This document shows, piece by piece, positions 38,126 to 43,991 of a stretch of 43,991 nt of DNA; position 1 is the first letter of the stretch, and each line of letters starts with the position of its first letter. The notes under the pieces are model-generated. The model saw only the letters and a list, made by a program, of their open reading frames with translations. It made no database searches and was not told where the DNA came from. The position numbers and the translations under genes were made by a program. This DNA comes from Coniocarpon cinnabarinum (lineage: Eukaryota): NCBI GenBank assembly GCA_051942205.1, contig JAVECO010000187.1, forward strand, positions 1 to 43,991. The letters run 5' to 3'.

Positions 38126-38938
38126 TCATTCGTGTATCCCATGGTCCTCGAGGATTCTCACGACGTCCTCATGTCCGTAATCTATGGCTGCCGACAAACA
38201 GCTTGTGCTCTCTCGGTCCTTCGCGCAACCGTCCGCTCCCGGATCCAGGAGATAGCTCACCACTTCCGCCTTGCCGAATCGGCACGCGCGATACAAAGCC
38301 GTGCCTTCAGTCCCATATCCATGGTCCTCACTCGCGAGCCCCCAAAACACCCTCTCCTCCAGATCGGCGCCATATCGTTCCACCAGCAGTCTCAACGCCG
38401 GCATGTTGCCGGTTTCGGCCGCGGCGATAGCGGCGCCGGTGCCTTCGATCTTCGCGCCGTGCTCCAGCAGTAGACTAAGGTTTCCCATCGAGGCGTTCTC
38501 CCATGCGATTGTGTACGTAATGGGTTCGAGCTCGCCCGGGGAAATGGTGCGCTCGTCGTTTGCATCTTGGCCGTGCTCGAGCAGGAAGCGCGTGCAGCCG
38601 ACGTCACCTGCGCGGGTCGCCGCCACGAGTACGTCGCCTGAGAACTCGGACTCGTGCGCGTTGAGCTCGAAGCCGTGGTCGAGGAGGACCCCTAATATGG
38701 CAACTGAATGGCCACTGCACACGTGATCGTAGAAGCGGTCGTTGAATGACAGCTGCTTGAAGTGAAAACCTTGTGTGAAACACCAGTCGAGCACCGATGC
38801 TTGTCCAGCTTCGGCGGCGGTGCAGGCGATTGAGTTCAGGAGTTCACTGTCTAGTGTAGTTGAACGGAGGAGGTTCATTAGGTGGGCAATAATGCCCGTC
38901 GCTGCGGCGTCAAGAACTGCTGGTTCACCGTCGGCCAT
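38126..38938 (-). CDS. ankyrin-repeat protein
   Basis: Repeated ankyrin consensus: AATRAGDVGCTRFLLEHGQDAN, AAAETGNMPALRLLVERYGADL, TALYRACRFGKAEVVSYLLDPGAD, AAIDYGHEDVVRILEDHG. Confidence 0.9.
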   Translation of the reverse strand: MADGEPAVLDAAATGIIAHLMNLLRSTTLDSELLNSIACTAAEAGQASVLDWCFTQGFHFKQLSFNDRFYDHVCSGHSVAILGVLLDHGFELNAHESEFSGDVLVAATRAGDVGCTRFLLEHGQDANDERTISPGELEPITYTIAWENASMGNLSLLLEHGAKIEGTGAAIAAAETGNMPALRLLVERYGADLEERVFWGLASEDHGYGTEGTALYRACRFGKAEVVSYLLDPGADGCAKDRESTSCLSAAIDYGHEDVVRILEDHGIHE

Positions 38939-40171
38939 TACCTGTGGATGACTTTAACGAGGCACATATAGATGACGACTAATAGCGTAGAAAATTGATC
39001 ACAGAGCTTACAACATGCGGGATGACGGCTTGAAGGGTAGGTCAGGAAGCTATGCGTAGCTAAACGAGCCTACAGGAGCGCTCAGTGGCGGCTGTATCCC
39101 CATTTGGGTGGTGTTAGCCCGGTAAAAGGGCCTGAGCTGTATTGAATCACAGGAGTGCGGATTCTCAACACAGTCGTTGGTACCACAGTCGGTTGACGAT
39201 CCAGAGAGACGATGTAGTACTATTACACAGAAGAAACCAGCTGACCATTACCGTCCGAAAAGCGTGAGGCTGGAGCTGATGCACGCACACCGGGAATCAC
39301 GAGGGAACCGCAGACTAGCGACGTGCGTGCCAGGTGGCCTTCTCAGGAATCTCCGCAGTCCAAAACATCGGCAAAGCGTATTTGGTAATAGCGGTCAATG
39401 GAGAGCAGACAGTGTCATTGGCAGCGCGAAGTTCTCGGTGCTGAAAAAGTCTGGCAACATCTAGAAGGTTATCTGGTTGGATTGCCAACGGGCCTGATGA
39501 CCCAACCGCCGAAATCAGGATATGGCGGAAGATGGGCGAGCCGCATCCACACACATCCTGAGCTTAGGATCCGTTGTAATATTCCAAGTGAAAGAAGTAT
39601 GATGAGAACGCGGTTGCAATACATATATTCGCAGCCAGTTTGATATTACCGCTGGCAAGCCGCTTCGCTCATTTAGTGCCGCTGCTAGATTTCAAGTTCT
39701 GGCATTTCAATTAGTCACTAGAGCGAACATATCTCATATATTTCATTGTATGTGCCATTCGCTCATTGGCATACTCAATCGATCTGTACGTGCCTTCGAG
39801 CCAGGCATTACAAAGGCTGAAGGAGAGATTTCCAGCTCCTTGCGCTGTCATCGTCATTGGCGATAGTCGCATCCTCTGATGGGAGCCCCGCTGGCGCATA
39901 ATGCTTTATGATCTGTAGCCATTTCGATTCGACACGCGGTGGCGATGATCACCAAGATGTGTACACAAGGTCGCAACCTGAATGTCTCCTGTGATGTAGA
40001 GTCGCGCCCCAAGACAAATGGCATGTATGGTTATCACGGGCTACCTATTCTGTATGATCCCTCAAACGCTAAGCTATGTATAGATAAGCGCAATGGCAGC
40101 CCTTTAATTCTATCATGTCGTGTAGAAGAGTATCACGATTCGACAACGGATTGCATGACACTAAATCCGAC

Positions 40172-40975
40172 ATGTCAACGCACAAAGCGACTGCAGATCG
40201 CATGCTCGATGACCGTGGCTACGTGGGCCCATTAATCCGCGGAGTCCCGCCTCATACGCTCCTCGAAGAGGGCGTCCGCAATCGTATAGTCTCCAGCTAC
40301 TTCTGGAAAGAACAATGTTTCGGCCTGAACGAAGCAACTCTGCTCGACCGAGCCGTGGAGCTCCGGGCGGTCGGTGGCACCTATTCAGAAGGTCAAAGGC
40401 CCTGCCCTTTCATCTGTCTGATTTTGAAGATGCTTCAGCTGGACATAAGTTCGGATATATTGACTTGCTACCTGAGTGAAGGTGGCGAGGACTTTAAGTA
40501 CTTGCGATGTCTTGCGGCGTTCTATGTGAGGATTACTTCGGAGCGGCACGAGGAGTGCTACTCGCGCCTTGAGCCATTGCTGGAAGATAAACGCAAGATC
40601 CGCATGCGAGGAAACCAGGGTTTCTGGTTGAGCTATGTCGACCAGTTTGTGGATTCACTGCTGGTAAAGGATAGAGTGTGCGCGACGAGCTTTTGGAAGT
40701 TGGCGCCGAGGACCCAGCTTGAGGAAGAAGATAAGCTGGAGGAGAGAGTGAGCCCTTGTCAGTATCTGTTGGATGAGGAAGATGAGAGGAGAAGCGGTCG
40801 GAGTGGTAGCAGCGATCGTTCACGCAGCAGAAGTAGACGTTCGCGATCAAGGTCGATGTCCCGCTCGAGATCACGCTCGAGACCTAGGTCAAGAACCAGG
40901 TCAAGAACAAGATCACGGTCTAGCGACGTTGAGGTGCGAAACGGCTATGCGCATAGCAGCGACAGTGGCGACTGA
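40172..40975 (+). CDS. PRP38: pre-mRNA splicing factor Prp38 with a C-terminal RS domain
   Basis: RNRIVSSYFWKEQCFGLNEATL, GGTY..RPCPFICLILKMLQL, FKYLRCLAAFYVR, LEPLLEDKRK, followed by RS repeats. Confidence 0.95.
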   Translation: MSTHKATADRMLDDRGYVGPLIRGVPPHTLLEEGVRNRIVSSYFWKEQCFGLNEATLLDRAVELRAVGGTYSEGQRPCPFICLILKMLQLDISSDILTCYLSEGGEDFKYLRCLAAFYVRITSERHEECYSRLEPLLEDKRKIRMRGNQGFWLSYVDQFVDSLLVKDRVCATSFWKLAPRTQLEEEDKLEERVSPCQYLLDEEDERRSGRSGSSDRSRSRSRRSRSRSMSRSRSRSRPRSRTRSRTRSRSSDVEVRNGYAHSSDSGD

Positions 40976-41009
40976 AGGAAGTCTGTTGAAGATCGTATGT
41001 AGAGGAGGT

Positions 41010-42734
41010 CTAAGGCCGCAGATTCGGCCGCTTCTCATACATGTCAGGAACATTGGATGCGCCATTCACAACAGCTTCCACATCATCTACAGGCAAACCG
41101 CATACTGAACGCGTTGCGCACTGCTCTACGTCGTCTTCGGGACATCCGTCCCGACAAGCCCAGGCATCCACATATCTCAGCACTTCGCGATTCCAAATCT
41201 TATCCATCAAAGTAAGTCGAATTGGGACCAGAGCAATTATGATCACTGGAAATGCTGGACCCGCCACCGTCAAGGTCACGTAAAAGATCACGCCAGTGGC
41301 TATGATCTGTGTCATAATAAATAGGTGGATCTGCAAGTATCCTGGAACCTGGTCCGGCAACATCGGCAATTCTGACGTAGGCGTCAGCACGTGGAGGAAG
41401 CGGAAGAGCACTGGATTGACTGAAAGGCTCTGCTCGCCCATGAACATGAAGAGCCCGGCCAGGACGCTTGTTGGAGTCAGGCCCAGGACATGCATCAGCG
41501 GTGGGCTGACGAAAGCCATAATACCTCCAGCATGCAGGAAATGACTCCAACGTTGTTCATAGACTCGTCGAGTCTTGCGCTCAACCTGTTTGTTACCGCC
41601 GTTTTCTGCAATCACCACTCGCTCGATCTCATCGTGCATCAGGCTTTCGGAATGCAGCGGAGCTTGAGGCAAAAGTCCGTTAGCTGGTGGAATGCCTAGT
41701 ATGCCGCACATCGCCGTTGTACAGCCAAGCAGAATGATATCCCAAGCAAAACCTGGAGGCTTCTTCGTTCCGTATCTGTCTTCCGTACAGATGATGCTCG
41801 AAACCTCATGGTCGAAGAAAAAGAGTATCGTGATTATGAGGCCCGGTACAATTGCAGCAAATATCCACGCCACTGGCAGCTCCCAGAACCGTACAAAGAA
41901 TGTGGATCGCATCGGGTCTGAAGGGCTAAAGTTTGTACTGATGGGGAGCCGGTCCTTGTCCAAGGACGCTAACTCGCCAGCATAGGGGATACCAATGAAG
42001 ATGACTATACTGATTGCTGCAGCGTACTCACTCAATCCCAGTCTAACATATCGGTGAAACAACGGGTTCCATGTCTCTGCACTTGACAAGAAAACAGCCA
42101 CCAGCAATGTCCCGATAGCTCCTATGATCGAATACAAAAACCCTGCAAACGACAGATTGGCATGCGCACGCTGCAGCTCTTGCACTGCCTTGTGAAAATA
42201 GATGACGCTGTTCAATAGTGAGAAGATCTCGGTGCTGAAAGTAGTCACATAGCGCATAGTCCAGTCGTGCGCGTTAAAGACCGCGAGCAGAGCATGCATC
42301 CACGCTGAGTGCAGCAAAGCCCACGCCATGAACTCCAGAAACCCGACATGAAATGTATCCTGACACAAGCTGTATATGTTCTCAGCGAGGATGGAGAATG
42401 GGCCCGTTACGCCAGCGATAGTCAAGGGCTGTGCAGAGAACAACGAGAAGGCAAGCCCGCACAAGCCTGTGGAGAGAACGACTTCAATAGTGCCATACTG
42501 ACGTCCAGTAAGTACAAAGAGATCGGAAGCGAAGGTGATGCCAGGGAGCAGATTTGTGAAGAAGACATATACGGCCGAGGCGAAGATTTGCTGGTTGAAC
42601 AGAGTCCAGTCAGAGGCGTACCTGGAAGTGAAGGATTTGAAGTCAGTCTTTAGTAAGCGAGCTGGGTGCAAGGCACGACCTTTACTGAAGGTGCTGCAAA
42701 ACTTGCGGGCTGAGCCTGCATTTAGGCCTAGCAT
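41010..42734 (-). CDS. BOR1: SLC4/BOR1-family borate (HCO3-) transporter; start codon not certain
   Basis: RYASDW, YVFFTNLLPGITFA, FSAQPLTIAGVTGP, ILFFFDHEVSS, GIPPANGLLPQAPLHSESL, VYEQRWS, VLAGLFMFMG. Confidence 0.92.
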   Translation of the reverse strand: MLGLNAGSARKFCSTFSKGRALHPARLLKTDFKSFTSRYASDWTLFNQQIFASAVYVFFTNLLPGITFASDLFVLTGRQYGTIEVVLSTGLCGLAFSLFSAQPLTIAGVTGPFSILAENIYSLCQDTFHVGFLEFMAWALLHSAWMHALLAVFNAHDWTMRYVTTFSTEIFSLLNSVIYFHKAVQELQRAHANLSFAGFLYSIIGAIGTLLVAVFLSSAETWNPLFHRYVRLGLSEYAAAISIVIFIGIPYAGELASLDKDRLPISTNFSPSDPMRSTFFVRFWELPVAWIFAAIVPGLIITILFFFDHEVSSIICTEDRYGTKKPPGFAWDIILLGCTTAMCGILGIPPANGLLPQAPLHSESLMHDEIERVVIAENGGNKQVERKTRRVYEQRWSHFLHAGGIMAFVSPPLMHVLGLTPTSVLAGLFMFMGEQSLSVNPVLFRFLHVLTPTSELPMLPDQVPGYLQIHLFIMTQIIATGVIFYVTLTVAGPAFPVIIIALVPIRLTLMDKIWNREVLRYVDAWACRDGCPEDDVEQCATRSVCGLPVDDVEAVVNGASNVPDMYEKRPNLRP

Positions 42735-43316
42735 TGCTGCAGCAGAATTCTTGGGTCACAGCGCGCCTTTATGAATAGGTAACAGAAGCATGCCGTCGGC
42801 ACCCACGCCTCATTACATTACGATCTTGGCCGTGCATCGCTCTTTGACAGATTCTTCATGTAAGTAGCAGGAGCATTGTCACGGAATAAATCGTTGAATC
42901 TGCCAAGGACAGCCACGCCGCTGTTGTGCTTAGCCATCTGATTCTGTATCGATTGACTTTTGTACTGTCCATTGATAGCCAGCCATTCGATCACATGCAA
43001 AATTCTGCCGAGCTACGACACTTAGACGCTTATCATCTCGTATACCCAGTTTGAGTAATTTGGCTACGTACTTTGAGACGTAGTCTCAATTTGAGACGAA
43101 GCAATGGGAATGGTCAACTCTTTTGCATTTCGCGTTGCTGCACGTTGGAGCACCCCTTGAGGAACATTGAGCCATATAGCAGCAAAAGATTCAGCTCACC
43201 CCGGAGTAGCGCTCCCACAATCCAAAACGTATTCAACATCTCCGCTCATCCTCACCTAACTACGACCCTTCGTACTTCCAGACTCTCGGTGCCAACGGCA
43301 CCACCACTTGCCAGCC

Positions 43317-43862
43317 ATGGCCCGCAACGCCGAAAAAGCGCAATCAATGCTCTTCCGCTTCCACGCCTCACAAGCAGCCTCAGGCGGCTACCTCTCCCTA
43401 ACGCAACAACGCCGCCCCAAAGCCGTCAGCACCGTCGACTCGGTCCCCGCCGCCGAAAAATGGCGCGGCCAGGTCCTGCGCGACGTCTCGCGCAAGGTCA
43501 CCAAGATCCAAGACGAGTCCCTCTCGGACTACCAGATCCGCGAGCTCAACGACGAGATCAACCGCCTGATGCGCGAGAAGTGGATGTGGGAGAAGCGGAT
43601 ACGCGATTTGGGGGGGCCGAATTACATGCGCGGCCAGGGAAGCGTGTTTGATGAGCAGGGACGCGAAGTACCCGGCGGAGGGAAGGGGTATCGGTATTTT
43701 GGTAGAGCACGGGAACTGCCGGGGGTGAAGGAGATGTTTGCGCAGGCGGCGGGATCTGAGGTTGTGAGGTGTGGAGCGGGGCATAGCCCTATGTTGAGTT
43801 GGCGTAAAGGGTTGGTAGAGAAAATTGTTGGATGTGTGGGGAAGGCTGTTGAGGGTGTTTGA
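43317..43862 (+). CDS. ISY1: NineTeen-complex splicing factor Isy1 (3' end uncertain)
   Basis: MARNAEKAQSMLFRF, EKWRGQVLRDVSRKVTKIQD..LSDYQIRELNDEINRLMREK, LGGPNY, GYRYFGRARELPGVKEMF. Confidence 0.93.
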   Translation: MARNAEKAQSMLFRFHASQAASGGYLSLTQQRRPKAVSTVDSVPAAEKWRGQVLRDVSRKVTKIQDESLSDYQIRELNDEINRLMREKWMWEKRIRDLGGPNYMRGQGSVFDEQGREVPGGGKGYRYFGRARELPGVKEMFAQAAGSEVVRCGAGHSPMLSWRKGLVEKIVGCVGKAVEGV

Positions 43863-43991
43863 TAGACATAGTTTGCTCTTGCTATTCGGTACCTGAGTGG
43901 ATAGCTTAAAGTGTCCTAGAGCGTCATGCATCAAGGCCATCCAGTTAGGCGGTTCCGCTCAACATTGTTGAAGTTCCACTTACGATAGCAG

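Noticed and set aside
39177..39900. Short ORFs between the ankyrin gene and PRP38
   Set aside because: No recognisable motif, codon bias or splice structure.
40790..40925. Repetitive sequence at the end of PRP38
   Set aside because: It encodes the ordinary RS domain.
42756..42791. uORF MLLLPIHKGAL* begins like the polyamine-sensing HOL1 uORF MLLLPS*
   Set aside because: It lacks the Pro-Ser-stop ending that is functionally required, and the gene is not a Hol1 transporter; likely coincidence.

Overview
Eukaryotic, intron-containing DNA from a filamentous ascomycete (Pezizomycotina-type GT-AG introns with CTRAY branch points; the species cannot be identified from sequence alone). Conserved genes: ADE13, PSY2/PP4R3, CDC42, a SIT/ARN siderophore MFS transporter with an SreA-type ATCWGATAA box, divergent URA5 and MET13 (MTHFR), a second MFS transporter, PRP38, a BOR1-type borate/bicarbonate transporter and ISY1. 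Less conserved content: a partial Cys-rich GPI protein, an F-box-like protein, a frameshift-split orphan, a Zn2Cys6 factor, a GH18 chitinase, a small secreted Cys-rich protein, a PIR/But2 wall protein, a disordered protein and an ankyrin protein. I found no CRISPR array, rRNA, canonical tRNA or intact transposon. The most interesting unexplained signals are non-coding: an AUG-UAA minimal uORF inside a stop-start uORF cascade upstream of the boron transporter, a uORF chain with alternative splice sites upstream of MTHFR, a 46-bp near-perfect intergenic hairpin, and a 73-nt tRNA-like cloverleaf. All family assignments are from recognition of motifs, not database searches, and exon boundaries were derived by hand.
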